64,000 nucleotides of DNA, from positions 13,875 through 77,874 of IMG/VR virus record IMGVR_UViG_3300042868_005641; one strand, 5' to 3'. The notes beneath the pieces are model-generated. The model ran no database searches and was not told the DNA's origin. It worked only from the letters and a program-made list of their open reading frames with translations. Numbering within the stretch: position 1 is the stretch's first letter; every line of letters starts with the position of its first letter. This DNA is from a virus. Below, in pieces: positions 39,759-50,791 of this stretch. Both the position numbers and the translations under genes were made by a program.

Positions 39759-40946
39759 ATGAGTTTGACTCAACATACCCGTGCGTATGCACTAATTGCG
39801 CCATTGCTGCTTTTTGTTGTTGTGAGCTTTATCCTTCCGCTTGGAATGATACTGGTCAACAGCATTTATGATCCTGTGATACCCAATGGATTACCTCGTA
39901 CTGTATCCGCACTTGAAACATGGGATGGTGCCCCGACTCAAGTTCCTCCTGAGCATGTGTATGCTGCGTTGGCACAGGATCTCAAACAAGCAGTTGAACA
40001 ACAAAAAATTGGTTCAATTGCCAATCGATTAAACATTGAAGAACCTGGGTTACGCACCATCCTTACTAGGACTGCAACACAACTCGATTATCAAATTACA
40101 GGCCCATGGGCACCTGCATTTGAAGCTGTTAATCCTGCATGGGCTCGCCCAGAAATTTGGGGTACAATAAGAAATCTTTCATCATCTACCCATTTGTTGT
40201 TTTTCTTGTCTGCATTGGATTTACATCAATTGCCCGACGGGACTGTGGCAAGGAAACCTGAAGATCAACGTATCTATATCAAGATCTATCTACGCACCTT
40301 GGGAGTAGCAGCAACTGTAACTGCAATATGTATGTTGTTGGGATTTCCACTGGCGTATATGTTAGCGCACCTTAAAGAAAAAACAGCTAACATACTATTA
40401 ATTTTGGTGTTGCTACCATTGTGGACGTCGCTATTGGTACGTACTACAATTTGGATGGTAATGCTGCAAAAAGAAGGAATAGTAAATTGGCTGTTACAAC
40501 GTTTGGACATTATCTCTAGCCCAATGCAGTTGATATTTAATCAAAGTGGAGTTATAATTGCAATGACGTATATTTTATTGCCTTTTATGATTTTACCTAT
40601 GTATTCAGCGATGCGGCAGATTCCTGCACAGTATGTGAATGCAGCACGATCATTAGGAGCCAGTTCAGCAACTGCGTTTTTTCGTGTGTACTTGCCACAA
40701 TGCATGACTGGTGTTGGTGCCGGTATGCTATTGGTATTTGTTCTTTCTTTAGGATACTATATAACACCTGATCTGATAGGCGGGTCCACAGAACAAATGA
40801 TCAGTTATTTTATAGCAGACAACATAGGCCGGTCCCTAAATTGGGGGCTAGCATCAGCCCTGTCTGTTATTTTACTTGCTGCTGTGTTACCGTTGTATGT
40901 GGTATATGATCGTGTGATTAGTAACAATAGATTTAAAATTCAATAA
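39759..40946 (+). CDS. potB: Polyamine ABC transporter permease (PotB-type)
   Basis: LLGFPLAY, LPLWTSLLVR, LPFMILP.Y and EAA loop (AARSLGAS). Confidence 0.8.
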   Translation: MSLTQHTRAYALIAPLLLFVVVSFILPLGMILVNSIYDPVIPNGLPRTVSALETWDGAPTQVPPEHVYAALAQDLKQAVEQQKIGSIANRLNIEEPGLRTILTRTATQLDYQITGPWAPAFEAVNPAWARPEIWGTIRNLSSSTHLLFFLSALDLHQLPDGTVARKPEDQRIYIKIYLRTLGVAATVTAICMLLGFPLAYMLAHLKEKTANILLILVLLPLWTSLLVRTTIWMVMLQKEGIVNWLLQRLDIISSPMQLIFNQSGVIIAMTYILLPFMILPMYSAMRQIPAQYVNAARSLGASSATAFFRVYLPQCMTGVGAGMLLVFVLSLGYYITPDLIGGSTEQMISYFIADNIGRSLNWGLASALSVILLAAVLPLYVVYDRVISNNRFKIQ

Positions 40947-40954
40947 ACTATATC

Positions 40955-41770
40955 ATGCAAATTGTTGGAAAAATTTTACTTTATTTGATTGCTGCTGCGG
41001 TGTTGTTATTCTTGATTGCACCAATCCTACTAGTAATGCCATTGGCATTTACTCAATCGTCATATTTCCAGTTTCCAATTGAAGCATACAGTCTACGCTG
41101 GTTTGAAGAATTATTTAGTAGTCCAATTTGGTTACATGCCATATACAACAGCATTGTGATTGCATTGATGTCTACATTACTAGCAGTATCTTTGGGCACA
41201 TTGGCTGCAATGGGACTAAATCATAATGACTTGCCGGGCAAACGTTTTGTCATGGCAGTTTTAATCTCACCAATGATTGTGCCAGTTGTGGTGCTGGCAG
41301 TTGGATCTTACTTTTTTTATTCTAAATTGGGCATTGCTAACAATTTATTGAGTATTGTGTTGATTCATGCAGTGTTAGGCATGCCATTTGTGGTGATCAC
41401 CGTAACTGCTGCACTGGCTGGATTTGACATGAAACAAGTGTGGGCTGCACGTGGGTTAGGGGCATCTGCCTGGCAGGCTTTTTGTTATGTAATGTTTCCG
41501 GCAATTTGGCCAGGTGTGGTATCTGGTGCTCTATTTGCATTTGTTATGTCCTTTGACGAAGTAATTGCAGTATTGTTTTTGGGCGGGCCTGAGCAAACTA
41601 CATTACCAAGACAGATGTGGGAAGGACTTCGTGAGCAACTGTCGCCGACTATTCTTTCAGCTGCGTTCGTGATAATTTCTATAACCACAATTATATTGCT
41701 GCTAGAAACACTACGCCATCACAGAACTGTAAAGTACACAGTCACTGTGCCATTATTACCTGGTAAATAA
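40955..41770 (+). CDS. potC: Polyamine ABC transporter permease (PotC-type)
   Basis: SLRWF, SPMIVP.VV, PFVV, AARGLGA, F..SFDE and TLP. Confidence 0.82.
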   Translation: MQIVGKILLYLIAAAVLLFLIAPILLVMPLAFTQSSYFQFPIEAYSLRWFEELFSSPIWLHAIYNSIVIALMSTLLAVSLGTLAAMGLNHNDLPGKRFVMAVLISPMIVPVVVLAVGSYFFYSKLGIANNLLSIVLIHAVLGMPFVVITVTAALAGFDMKQVWAARGLGASAWQAFCYVMFPAIWPGVVSGALFAFVMSFDEVIAVLFLGGPEQTTLPRQMWEGLREQLSPTILSAAFVIISITTIILLLETLRHHRTVKYTVTVPLLPGK

Positions 41771-41774
41771 TCTT

Positions 41775-43331
41775 ATGTTTCTTAGTCTCATTACTTTAGC
41801 TGTGGCATTGAGCCTTAGCGTTATTGCTGCATATTACAGCATTGCTGGCCTGGCTGCTATATTTGCAGCGGCTGTGGTACCCATCATGATCATGGGATCT
41901 GTGCTGGAATTGGCCAAAGTTGTGGTCACATTGTGGCTGCATGAATACTGGTCACGCTGCCGCTGGTTGATGAAATTATATCTAGTACCGGCTGTGGGCA
42001 TGTTGATGTTGATAACGTCAATGGGTATCTTTGGATTCCTATCAAAAGCACACAGCGATCAAAGTCTAGTATCAGGTGACGTGATAGCAAAGATTGCTGT
42101 GTATGATGAAAAAATCAAGACTGAAAAGGAAAACATAGATGTTAGCCGTAAATCCCTTAAACAAATGGATGAAGCTGTGGACCAAGTTATGGGTCGTAGC
42201 TCAGACGAAAAAGGTGCAGACAAAGCTGTGGCTGTGCGCCGTGGCCAACAAAAGGAGCGTCAGCGCCTGCTTGCGGAAATTTCTGAAAGCCAAACACGCA
42301 TTTCAGCACTTAACGAACAACGTGCCCCAATTGCCGCCGAAGTTCGCAAGGTTGAAGCAGAAGTAGGCCCAATCAAGTACATTGCAGCATTAATCTATGG
42401 AGACAATCCGGAGATTAATGTGTTAGAACGTTCTGTACGTTGGGTGATTATACTGCTGGTATGTGTGTTTGATCCACTGGCCATCATGATGCTGCTGTCT
42501 GCAACCGAAAGTCTCAAGTGGGCTCGTAAACCGCCAATGAAGGAAATATCCGAAGATGGGCACAAGACACCATGGTCTGAACCTGTAGTAGAAGAATATG
42601 TTAAATGGCCTGGGGGGTGTGGGCCTACTGAAACAGTAGCAGAAAAAGAATTTGATATCAATGATCATCCGTACTTGTTTACACCGCCAGGGAATCGTAC
42701 TCCGCCAGGCGTAGAACCTGCCCCAATACAAGTATATCGGCCCAGCGATCCAGAACTTGATCCTTGCTATAAATGTGGTACACCATTGATGAATGCTCCG
42801 GGCATTGGTCCTTTTTGTCCAAATCGAGAATGTGATGTATCCGATGGACCATTCTTGCATGAACAGGAACCTATCAAAATCAAATATATTTCACCAACTG
42901 CTCATCTCGAAGATGAGCATGACGAAGATGAAAGTGTTGAGATCAAAAATGCCAAATCACAATGGAAAGCTGACAATCCTGGTGATACATTAAAACGCCA
43001 TAGACGTTTGCTGGAAGTGGGAGTGATAGATCAACTGCCGTGGATAACGTATCTGGACAAAGCGCCCGAATCAGGGTTTGGCAACGTGCTTCCTGAACAC
43101 GGAAACAAGGGCGACACATTTATGTCCACCATTGGCATTCCACATCGACTGTACAAACACAATGGATTTGAATGGATCAGAATTGACAATACTCAACAAG
43201 ATAACTATACTTACGACACAGCTTATATTGATCACTTGATCAGTCAAATTGATCAAGGATTGTATGATCCTGATCAACTGAGTGACAGCGAACGTGAACA
43301 GATTGAACAACGTATAACACAACCCAAATGA
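41775..43331 (+). CDS. Membrane protein with coiled coil and zinc-ribbon insertion
   Basis: Several N-terminal TM helices, a coiled coil, EVGPIKY, FDPLA and CYKC..CPNREC. Confidence 0.6.
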   Translation: MFLSLITLAVALSLSVIAAYYSIAGLAAIFAAAVVPIMIMGSVLELAKVVVTLWLHEYWSRCRWLMKLYLVPAVGMLMLITSMGIFGFLSKAHSDQSLVSGDVIAKIAVYDEKIKTEKENIDVSRKSLKQMDEAVDQVMGRSSDEKGADKAVAVRRGQQKERQRLLAEISESQTRISALNEQRAPIAAEVRKVEAEVGPIKYIAALIYGDNPEINVLERSVRWVIILLVCVFDPLAIMMLLSATESLKWARKPPMKEISEDGHKTPWSEPVVEEYVKWPGGCGPTETVAEKEFDINDHPYLFTPPGNRTPPGVEPAPIQVYRPSDPELDPCYKCGTPLMNAPGIGPFCPNRECDVSDGPFLHEQEPIKIKYISPTAHLEDEHDEDESVEIKNAKSQWKADNPGDTLKRHRRLLEVGVIDQLPWITYLDKAPESGFGNVLPEHGNKGDTFMSTIGIPHRLYKHNGFEWIRIDNTQQDNYTYDTAYIDHLISQIDQGLYDPDQLSDSEREQIEQRITQPK

Positions 43332-44530
43332 CCAAAGAAACATATACATCTTGCAGCTTCTGCGGCAAAAACAAAGACTCGGTAAAAAAATTAATTGTTG
43401 GAGAATACGCAGGTATCTGCAACGAGTGTGTGGATTTTTGCCAAGACTTACTCAAAGACGAGGCAGTGCCCTTGGCACCGCCTCCACCATCAGACAAGAT
43501 GGATCCTGTTGCATTAAAGAATTATCTGGATCAATATGTGATCGGCCAACACGCTGCTAAAATCATGCTGGCAGTAGCCATTGTGAATCATTACAAACGC
43601 ATCAGCAAGACCACAACAGAGCCTGAACTAGACAAAGCCAACATCCTGATGTTAGGACCCACCGGCTCGGGCAAGACCTTATTGGCCAAGAGTGTAGCAC
43701 GATATCTTGATGTACCGTTCGCTATTGCAGATGCCACAAGCATTACAGAAGCAGGTTATGTAGGTGACGATGTGGAGAGCTTGATCAGCAGACTGTATGC
43801 AGCATCGGGCAATGACGTGGCCAAAACACAGCAAGGTATTGTGTTTGTGGACGAGATTGACAAGATTTCACGCAAAGGTGAAAGTACCAGCATCACACGG
43901 GACGTATCGGGTGAAGGTGTACAGCAAGCCTTGTTAAAAATGGTAGAAGGTACCATCTGCCGTGTGAGTGCCGGAGGCGGCCGCAAGCATCCCGGCGGTG
44001 AGATGATTGAGATTGATACCAAGAATATTTTGTTCATTGCAGGCGGTGCATTTGTAGGACTAGACAGCATTGTAAAGAATCGTGTGCAAGGCACAAGTAT
44101 TGGGTTTAATGCGCGAGTAGAAGCCAACATGGATACAGATCTGGACATGACCACCCCGGACGATCTAGTGAAGTTTGGAATGATTCCAGAGTTTGTTGGG
44201 CGTTTTCCAAATTGGGTTAGTCTCAAAGAACTCTCAAAAGCAGACTTGATCCGCATCCTTACTGAAGTCAAGAACAACTACATTGAGCAGTATCATTGGT
44301 TGTTTAAAGAAGATGGCGTGGAGTTGACCTTTACAGAACCTGCACTGGACCTCATTGCTGAACACACCCTGGCCAACAAAACCGGTGCTCGTGGACTGCA
44401 TTCTGAACTGGAACGCACCTTGATTCCGCACATGTTTAATCTACGTCGCTACGCAAGCACAGGTATCAAGTGTGTGGAAATTGATCCTGCACAAGTGAAC
44501 AAACCAACTGCATTAACTGGTACAGACTGA
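43328..44530 (+). CDS. clpX: ATP-dependent Clp protease ATPase ClpX
   Basis: CSFCGK..ICNEC zinc domain, [37 protein letters not shown] and IGF loops, TGARGL. Confidence 0.96.
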   Translation: MTKETYTSCSFCGKNKDSVKKLIVGEYAGICNECVDFCQDLLKDEAVPLAPPPPSDKMDPVALKNYLDQYVIGQHAAKIMLAVAIVNHYKRISKTTTEPELDKANILMLGPTGSGKTLLAKSVARYLDVPFAIADATSITEAGYVGDDVESLISRLYAASGNDVAKTQQGIVFVDEIDKISRKGESTSITRDVSGEGVQQALLKMVEGTICRVSAGGGRKHPGGEMIEIDTKNILFIAGGAFVGLDSIVKNRVQGTSIGFNARVEANMDTDLDMTTPDDLVKFGMIPEFVGRFPNWVSLKELSKADLIRILTEVKNNYIEQYHWLFKEDGVELTFTEPALDLIAEHTLANKTGARGLHSELERTLIPHMFNLRRYASTGIKCVEIDPAQVNKPTALTGTD

Positions 44531-44534
44531 TGCC

Positions 44535-44771
44535 ATGTATATCGCATTTGATCTTGTAAATCAGCAGCACTGGAATGATATTCAGGATGCATTAGATGAG
44601 TGGCAAGAAAAATACGATATACCTTTCCAAACCAAAACAGTAAAACTGGTCACACGAGTGGTGTTTGCGTCCGACGAACTTTATAGTTTTTTTGCTCTAA
44701 GCTGGAATCCACCATATGCATATCTTAAAACATATCGAATAATTGAGCCAATGAAACTTGACCACTTGTGA
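44535..44771 (+). CDS. Hypothetical protein
   Basis: Intact ORF between clpX and hsp20. Confidence 0.55.
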   Translation: MYIAFDLVNQQHWNDIQDALDEWQEKYDIPFQTKTVKLVTRVVFASDELYSFFALSWNPPYAYLKTYRIIEPMKLDHL

Positions 44772-44792
44772 AATTTGCTGTATAAATACACT

Positions 44793-44855
44793 TGTAGATG
44801 CCCATGGTGGGGTCTACATTATTCAGTCATACTTGCTTATTAAAGGAGAAACAAC
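44793..44855 (+). promoter_or_regulatory. ROSE-like RNA thermometer leader
   Basis: CTTGCTT-ATTA-AAGGAG hairpin (U(U/C)GCU opposite the SD) plus an upstream bulged hairpin. Confidence 0.7.
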
Positions 44856-45302
44856 ATGACAAAAACTCTACACCTACGTAGTTTCGATATCCCCGCTTTC
44901 AACAAATTTGGAATTGGTTTTGACAATGTGTTTGACGATCTAATGCGGGTCACACAAACTCAAAGTTCAACCAACTATCCTCCACACAATGTGATCAAGA
45001 CCGGTGACGACACAGTCACCATCGAAGTCGCTGTGGCAGGTTTTTCCGAAGGCGAAATTGATATCAGCCTGAACAAACGATTGCTTACTGTAACAGGTAA
45101 CAAAAAGCGCGATGACGATGCTGACCATGAATATCTACATCGTGGCATTTCCAGCCGTGACTTCAAGCAGACATTTCCGCTTGCTGAGCACGTGGAAGTG
45201 AATGGTGCAGCTATCAAGGATGGCATCTTGACTGTGTACTTGGAACGTAAAGTTCCTGAATCAGCCAAGCCGAAGAGTATTGCAATCACATACACTTCGT
45301 AG
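44856..45302 (+). CDS. Small heat-shock protein (Hsp20/IbpA family)
   Basis: IGFD, NYPPHN, IEVAVAGF, YLHRGI..R.F and A..DGIL...L. Confidence 0.93.
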   Translation: MTKTLHLRSFDIPAFNKFGIGFDNVFDDLMRVTQTQSSTNYPPHNVIKTGDDTVTIEVAVAGFSEGEIDISLNKRLLTVTGNKKRDDDADHEYLHRGISSRDFKQTFPLAEHVEVNGAAIKDGILTVYLERKVPESAKPKSIAITYTS

Positions 45303-45357
45303 TATAATTGTGTAAATACAGTGGCAGGAATCACCCTGCCACTCCAAGAGGAACCAT

Positions 45358-45666
45358 ATGTCAAACGCAGAAGCAGCAACTATTACCAAAACTAAAAAAG
45401 CCATCAAAGAGCCGCCTCTTTATCGTGTGATCTACATCAATGATAACACTACCACAATGGAATTTGTAGTAGAAAGTCTAGTAGAGTTCTTTGACTATAC
45501 CATTGACACAGCTACACAGTTGACAGTGAGCATACATGAACATGGCCAGGCTATAGTGGCAGTATTGCCGTTTGAAATTGCCGAGCAAAAAGGTTATGAA
45601 GTTAAAGAAAGCGCACGTGAGCAGGACTTTCCTTTGCAAATCAAGCTAGAGCCGGATTCCAAATAA
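45358..45666 (+). CDS. clpS: Clp adaptor ClpS
   Basis: PPLYRVIYINDNTTTMEFVV, IH..G.A, EIAEQK and FPL. Confidence 0.9.
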   Translation: MSNAEAATITKTKKAIKEPPLYRVIYINDNTTTMEFVVESLVEFFDYTIDTATQLTVSIHEHGQAIVAVLPFEIAEQKGYEVKESAREQDFPLQIKLEPDSK

Positions 45667-45667
45667 A

Positions 45668-46471
45668 TCAAGTTTTTACTTCAATACGTTTAGGATAGTA
45701 AGCATCTTGTCGATATGGTGTATCACCACGCCCACGACAGTTGTTTACAAATCTTATTCCTTCTACAGTTTTGTCCACATTGCCATGATAGTGGCCAAAA
45801 CACCAGGTACTGATCTTGCGTTCAGTGTCATTGGTATGCACTAGATGCATGAGTCTATTGCCCATGTGATTAAACTGTACAGTATTTTCTAGTTCTATAT
45901 CATGACGAATCAATTGCGCACTGGGTACAGTGTGTGTGACAATCACAATCTTTTTCACGTCATTGTGTGTTTGTAAACGTTGCACACTGTTGACCAAATA
46001 CGCAACATCACGCCTGCTCATGTCACTGATTTCTTCAGGATTGATCACATGTCCGGGCATCTTTTTAGCATACCAATCAGTTATGTATTGTTTACAATCG
46101 TCTCTGTTGATATTTTCATCTAGATCATATCCCCACCATCCATTGGTTCCTAATATAGCTACACCATCAATCACACACACATTGTCTTGAAGATAGGTAA
46201 CTCGATTTAACCGATTGATACTGCGGGCTAGTTCTTGATAGCTTTCGCCTATTCTGTGATAGTTGTAAGTGTGCTCATCATTGCCATCTATGTAAAACAC
46301 AGCCGCATAACAGTTGGCTAGATGCTTCAAACAGTTTCTCACTATTCTAGGATCTGAGCTTATGTCTCCAGCTACCACACATACCGGGCTAGTAGGTTGG
46401 CCAGTCCAGTCAAATTCCCCAGGCCACGTCTCCAGATGTAGATCTGAAATTAAGTCGAATGTCATGCTCAT
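45668..46471 (-). CDS. Calcineurin-like metallophosphoesterase
   Basis: SDLH, AGD, GNDEH (variant of GNHE), TH.P and GHYH. Confidence 0.8.
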   Translation of the reverse strand: MSMTFDLISDLHLETWPGEFDWTGQPTSPVCVVAGDISSDPRIVRNCLKHLANCYAAVFYIDGNDEHTYNYHRIGESYQELARSINRLNRVTYLQDNVCVIDGVAILGTNGWWGYDLDENINRDDCKQYITDWYAKKMPGHVINPEEISDMSRRDVAYLVNSVQRLQTHNDVKKIVIVTHTVPSAQLIRHDIELENTVQFNHMGNRLMHLVHTNDTERKISTWCFGHYHGNVDKTVEGIRFVNNCRGRGDTPYRQDAYYPKRIEVKT

Positions 46472-46495
46472 GATACATATTTAAAAGGATTACAC

Positions 46496-46849
46496 ATGAA
46501 CATAATATTTGGAGACTCGGCTGCACAACAAGCTCAAGAAAAATACATAGTATTAGAACTAGACACATTTCAAGTGGATCAACAACTGACCACTACCTAT
46601 GCACTGGTTGAACAAGTGACATTGATGGAAATGCTTAGTTTGGATCAATTTAAAGAATTACATAGCAATCTACTGAAAGAATACCGCAAACGCAATTGGA
46701 AATATTGCGAAAATGCTATGGAGCATTTGATTGGCAAATGGAACGGTGAACTTGATACTTTTTACACAGTGTTAACAGAACGTATTCAAGAACTAAAAAC
46801 GCAATCACTGCCCGATGACTGGACTGGAGTTATTTTGCGATCTGCTTAG
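46496..46849 (+). CDS. Protein resembling the C-terminal part of class III adenylate cyclases
   Basis: 'IIFG..ELD..Y..YR..W..Y..RI..P.DWTGV' pattern; no catalytic N-terminal half. Confidence 0.5.
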   Translation: MNIIFGDSAAQQAQEKYIVLELDTFQVDQQLTTTYALVEQVTLMEMLSLDQFKELHSNLLKEYRKRNWKYCENAMEHLIGKWNGELDTFYTVLTERIQELKTQSLPDDWTGVILRSA

Positions 46850-48133
46850 TCTATGCTGTCTGAGTTGTCGAATTGATCTTTTCATATACTCAGATTTAAA
46901 TTCTGAACTTAGTTTATTTCCAGCCCGCCAGATTTTTCTATACCGCCAAAACGTATCACCTAGATTTTCGTAACAAAAATTTACTGCTTGATTAAGATTA
47001 TGCTGTAACTCTTGGCTAACTTGATTCATGAATTCATCACTGAAAAAATGTTGACGGTTATACTCCGAAATACGATTTATCTCTTGCCAGTCGGCAGCAG
47101 TTAAGTTTTGTATTTGTTGCATGGTCTTGATAATTTTTTCCATTCTCTTTATACAATCAGTTTCACCATCGTAGCTTTCATCAAATACTGAACCAAAAGT
47201 TTGAAATCCATACCGTCGCAGATAAGCCAATGCCCCCGGGCCTGCGGCCAACACAAACGGATGACCACATGCAATGGGTCGTAGTATTTTTTCTGTGAGA
47301 TGAATCTTGCTAGTATCAAACACTGTTTCTAACACCACACTGATAGCTGTGGTTGTGATATCAACTGTGTCGTAATCTGCACTGGCGCTGGCAGCAGTGT
47401 TATTATCTGGGATGGCCAATAATCGGTGAGCATCTACTGCAAATTGAGGATTTTGTACTTGATAATCACAAAGATGCACACCTTGGTTATTAACATGCTG
47501 TGTGCTGATATTGCATTGATTCAATAGATCGGCATTCAACAACAATTCCATGAATTTTAATCTATATTCTCTATTGGGTGTCCAATCTCGGCAGTAAACT
47601 AAAAATGTTTTTTCTATTTGTTTGTGTTTGAGTCTAACATCATGTTGGGCAAATCTATACCAATCTCTGGCTATCATGGCATGACTCCAGTAGTACGCCG
47701 GGCAGAATCCATTTTGAGAAAATTGCTCAACGTCCTCACTGTTCCATTCACTATGCAATAATATAGTCCAATCTTTGGCATCATAAAATGCATTGAGCCA
47801 TGTGGGTTTAAATTTGGGATATCGATCAAGTCGAGAATAAAATCTTAACCAGTCAGATGTTAATACTGCTAAGTTTTTGTCATTTTGATTATAGTGTTTG
47901 ATCAACTTAACTAGTCGATCCATATTATGATCAAATTGGTATTCGGAAAAATTCAAAGGTTCCTGATCATAACATATCATGTCAGGAATCATTGCACTGT
48001 TATTATCGTAATTTTTAAAAATATTAAGGTCAAAAATATCTTTGCTGCCATGTGGACGGAATACATAAAGTATCACTGGACGTTGTGCTAGGCCTTCTAC
48101 CCAGTGATACAGATGATCTAAAGGAATATTCAT
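46805..48133 (-). CDS. Glycosyltransferase-like protein, paralogue 4
   Basis: 'ISVVLET..HLTEKILRPI..PF..L..YGFQTF..FDESYD'. Start placed at 48133 to avoid overlapping the + strand gene. Confidence 0.55.
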   Translation of the reverse strand: MNIPLDHLYHWVEGLAQRPVILYVFRPHGSKDIFDLNIFKNYDNNSAMIPDMICYDQEPLNFSEYQFDHNMDRLVKLIKHYNQNDKNLAVLTSDWLRFYSRLDRYPKFKPTWLNAFYDAKDWTILLHSEWNSEDVEQFSQNGFCPAYYWSHAMIARDWYRFAQHDVRLKHKQIEKTFLVYCRDWTPNREYRLKFMELLLNADLLNQCNISTQHVNNQGVHLCDYQVQNPQFAVDAHRLLAIPDNNTAASASADYDTVDITTTAISVVLETVFDTSKIHLTEKILRPIACGHPFVLAAGPGALAYLRRYGFQTFGSVFDESYDGETDCIKRMEKIIKTMQQIQNLTAADWQEINRISEYNRQHFFSDEFMNQVSQELQHNLNQAVNFCYENLGDTFWRYRKIWRAGNKLSSEFKSEYMKRSIRQLRQHRLSRSQNNSSPVIGQ

Positions 48134-49378
48134 ATGAAAAAAATTGGTTTTATTGGTATTGGGAAATTGGGACTGGATTGTGCCGAAGTCATGGCCGAGA
48201 AGCATGAAGTTAGAGGCTATGATATTTACCCACGTACCAGTGACTCGGTAAAAGTATGTGACATTAACGAGTTGGTTAACGAAAGCGAATGGATCTTCAT
48301 TGCTGTACCTACTCCGCATGCAGAAGGATACGATGGTTCTGTACCTAGCAGCCACATGGAACCTAGAGATTTTGGGCACGATGCAGTGATCGACGCTATT
48401 CACAAAATCAATCAGCATGCCCGTGGTCCTAAGAAAGTGGTATTGATCAGCACAGTATTGCCTGGCACCACCCGCAGCAAGTTTATTACACTGTTGGATC
48501 CGGTGCATCAGTTCTTGTATAACCCATATCTCATTGCCATGGGATCAGTTAAATGGGACATGGTCAATCCTGAAATGATAATGATTGGAACTGAAGACGG
48601 CAGTTTAACTGGTGTTGCGTCTGAACTCAAAGTATTATATGACACAGTGATGCAGAACAATCCACGTTACGAAATTGGTACGTGGGATGAATGCGAAGCT
48701 ATTAAAATCTTCTACAACACATTTATTTCGGCCAAAGTAGGACTAGTAAACATGGTGCAAGACTTTGCTATGAAGATCGGGCACATCAATGTCGATGTTG
48801 TAACAGATGCATTGGCCCGCAGTACCATGCGTATCATGGGTCCAAAATACATGACAGCGGGAATGGGAGATGCAGGTGCTTGCCATCCGCGTGACAACAT
48901 TGCACTACGCTGGTTGGCACAAGAATACGAAATTGGCTACGACTTATTTGATACTGTGATGCATGCTCGGGAAATACAAGCAGAAAACTTGGCAAAGTTC
49001 CTAATAGGTGAAAGTCAAGTCAATAACAACTTACCTATTGTTATTCATGGTAAAGCATACAAACCTGATGTGGCATACTGTATTGGTAGCTATTCAACCT
49101 TGGTTGGGCATTATGTTGAGAAACACGGACACAAAGTAGTATATGTTGATCCATTGGCAGATGATCCAACCGATGTAGTAGACCACATTGATGGTGCTGC
49201 AATATTCTTGTGGGCACACAACCGTAAAATCACATACGAATATACCGGTGATCAAGCTGATACACAACCTTATTGCAAAATACATATAGGCAGTGTTATT
49301 GTGGATCCTTGGCGCAAACTGTCACAGATCATGGATGGTATTGAAGTGGTCCATTATGGAAACACCCGTACAAAATAA
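48134..49378 (+). CDS. UDP-glucose/GDP-mannose dehydrogenase family protein
   Basis: GIGKLG Rossmann motif, FIAVPTP, STVLPGT, K..YN, GACHPRD (catalytic Cys) and G.AYKP. Confidence 0.88.
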   Translation: MKKIGFIGIGKLGLDCAEVMAEKHEVRGYDIYPRTSDSVKVCDINELVNESEWIFIAVPTPHAEGYDGSVPSSHMEPRDFGHDAVIDAIHKINQHARGPKKVVLISTVLPGTTRSKFITLLDPVHQFLYNPYLIAMGSVKWDMVNPEMIMIGTEDGSLTGVASELKVLYDTVMQNNPRYEIGTWDECEAIKIFYNTFISAKVGLVNMVQDFAMKIGHINVDVVTDALARSTMRIMGPKYMTAGMGDAGACHPRDNIALRWLAQEYEIGYDLFDTVMHAREIQAENLAKFLIGESQVNNNLPIVIHGKAYKPDVAYCIGSYSTLVGHYVEKHGHKVVYVDPLADDPTDVVDHIDGAAIFLWAHNRKITYEYTGDQADTQPYCKIHIGSVIVDPWRKLSQIMDGIEVVHYGNTRTK

Positions 49379-49877
49379 TGCCTGGGCCCGAGGGCATGTA
49401 AACCCTTGGTGGGGTCTACAGCATAGAGACCTTGGGTATATCAACGAACCATTTAATGATCGTGTGTCATTGAACAAATGGCGTGATTTGGGTTATACCC
49501 AAAGCAGATTCACTGGCGATATGTATGATATGCGTAATGCTGCGCCAGACTGGGTTGACCAATTTCAAATGATATTTCCGTTTGAACACTTTGCCTGGAG
49601 TTTTTACCGTATGCCGCCAGGATCTGTATTGCCTGCACACAGTGACACATACGATAGATTCAAATTGATACACGGTCTAGAATCCACACACTCTGTAGTA
49701 CGCACTATTGTGTTTCTTGAAGATTGGGCTAGCGGTCACTATTTAGAAATGAATAGTCAACCAGTTACCAATTGGCGTGCAGGAGACTGGGTAAGCTGGC
49801 GCGATGATTTTGTGCATCTAGCGGCCAACATAGGACAAACTGATAGATATACGTTGCAACTTACCGGAACAGTATGA
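49356..49877 (+). CDS. 2OG-Fe(II) dioxygenase-like (cupin) protein
   Basis: P.HSD (HxD) ... H.AAN.G..RYTLQ.TG. Confidence 0.65.
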   Translation: METPVQNNAWARGHVNPWWGLQHRDLGYINEPFNDRVSLNKWRDLGYTQSRFTGDMYDMRNAAPDWVDQFQMIFPFEHFAWSFYRMPPGSVLPAHSDTYDRFKLIHGLESTHSVVRTIVFLEDWASGHYLEMNSQPVTNWRAGDWVSWRDDFVHLAANIGQTDRYTLQLTGTV

Positions 49878-50791
49878 AGATACACAGTTTTAATGAATGG
49901 GATCCACTGCGGTCCGTGGTAGTGGGGCGTGCTGATCATGCCAATTGGCCTACAAAAGATCCTGTGTTCCGTTCAGAAAGTGAACGCACACTGTGGAAAG
50001 AAACTCCACTACCGTCGGGCCCTGTGCCCGACTGGATCATCCAGGAAGCCAATCAAGACCTTGATCAACTGGTTGGCGTTCTTAGATCATTAAATGTAGA
50101 AGTATTCCGCCCTAATGATCTTGATTTTCAAGAGCATGACGGCATGTACAACTATTGTCCTAGAGACCGATTGTTGGTGTACGGGGATACCATTGTAAAT
50201 CCTGCCATGATGTATCCTTGCAGAGACATGGAAATTGAATGTTACAAAGACATTGCAGATGCTGCTGCCAACTATGTATTCATGCCTAGACATGAAGGCA
50301 TGATACTGGATGCTGCCAACATAGCACGACTCAATGACAAATGGATCTTTTTAGAATCCGCATCAGGCAATCGTGCTGCATATGACTGGTTATGCAAGCA
50401 GTTTCCCACTGTGGATATTGAACTAGTAAACTTTTATGCCGGTGTACATATCGACTCAACCATAGTACCATTGCGTGAAGGTCTGGTATTGGTCAACAAC
50501 AGCAGAGTCACTCCGGAAAACTTACCTCGTGTGTTAAAAGACTGGGACGTTATCTATTGTAATCATGTGGAGGAACAAGAGTTTTATCAGTATCCATATG
50601 CAAGTAAATGGATAGCATTGAATATGCTGGTGGTAAATCCACACACAGTGATTGTGGATAAAAATCAACCCATGTTGATTGATTTCTTGGAAAAAAATAA
50701 ATTCACAGTGGTACCCATGCAACTGCGACACAGCAGAACACTAGGTGGTGGATTCCATTGTGTTACTCTAGACCTGCATAGAGAGCCATGA
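49874..50791 (+). CDS. Amidinotransferase (glycine/inosamine-phosphate amidinotransferase family)
   Basis: NEWDPL..V.VG, CPRD, DAAN, HIDST, N.L and GGGFHC.TLD (catalytic Cys-His-Asp). Confidence 0.88.
   Translation: MKIHSFNEWDPLRSVVVGRADHANWPTKDPVFRSESERTLWKETPLPSGPVPDWIIQEANQDLDQLVGVLRSLNVEVFRPNDLDFQEHDGMYNYCPRDRLLVYGDTIVNPAMMYPCRDMEIECYKDIADAAANYVFMPRHEGMILDAANIARLNDKWIFLESASGNRAAYDWLCKQFPTVDIELVNFYAGVHIDSTIVPLREGLVLVNNSRVTPENLPRVLKDWDVIYCNHVEEQEFYQYPYASKWIALNMLVVNPHTVIVDKNQPMLIDFLEKNKFTVVPMQLRHSRTLGGGFHCVTLDLHREP

Noticed and set aside
48134-48508. N-terminal extension of the 567-aa minus-strand ORF
   Set aside because: It is antisense to the conserved Rossmann domain of the dehydrogenase. 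The start at 48133 is more plausible.
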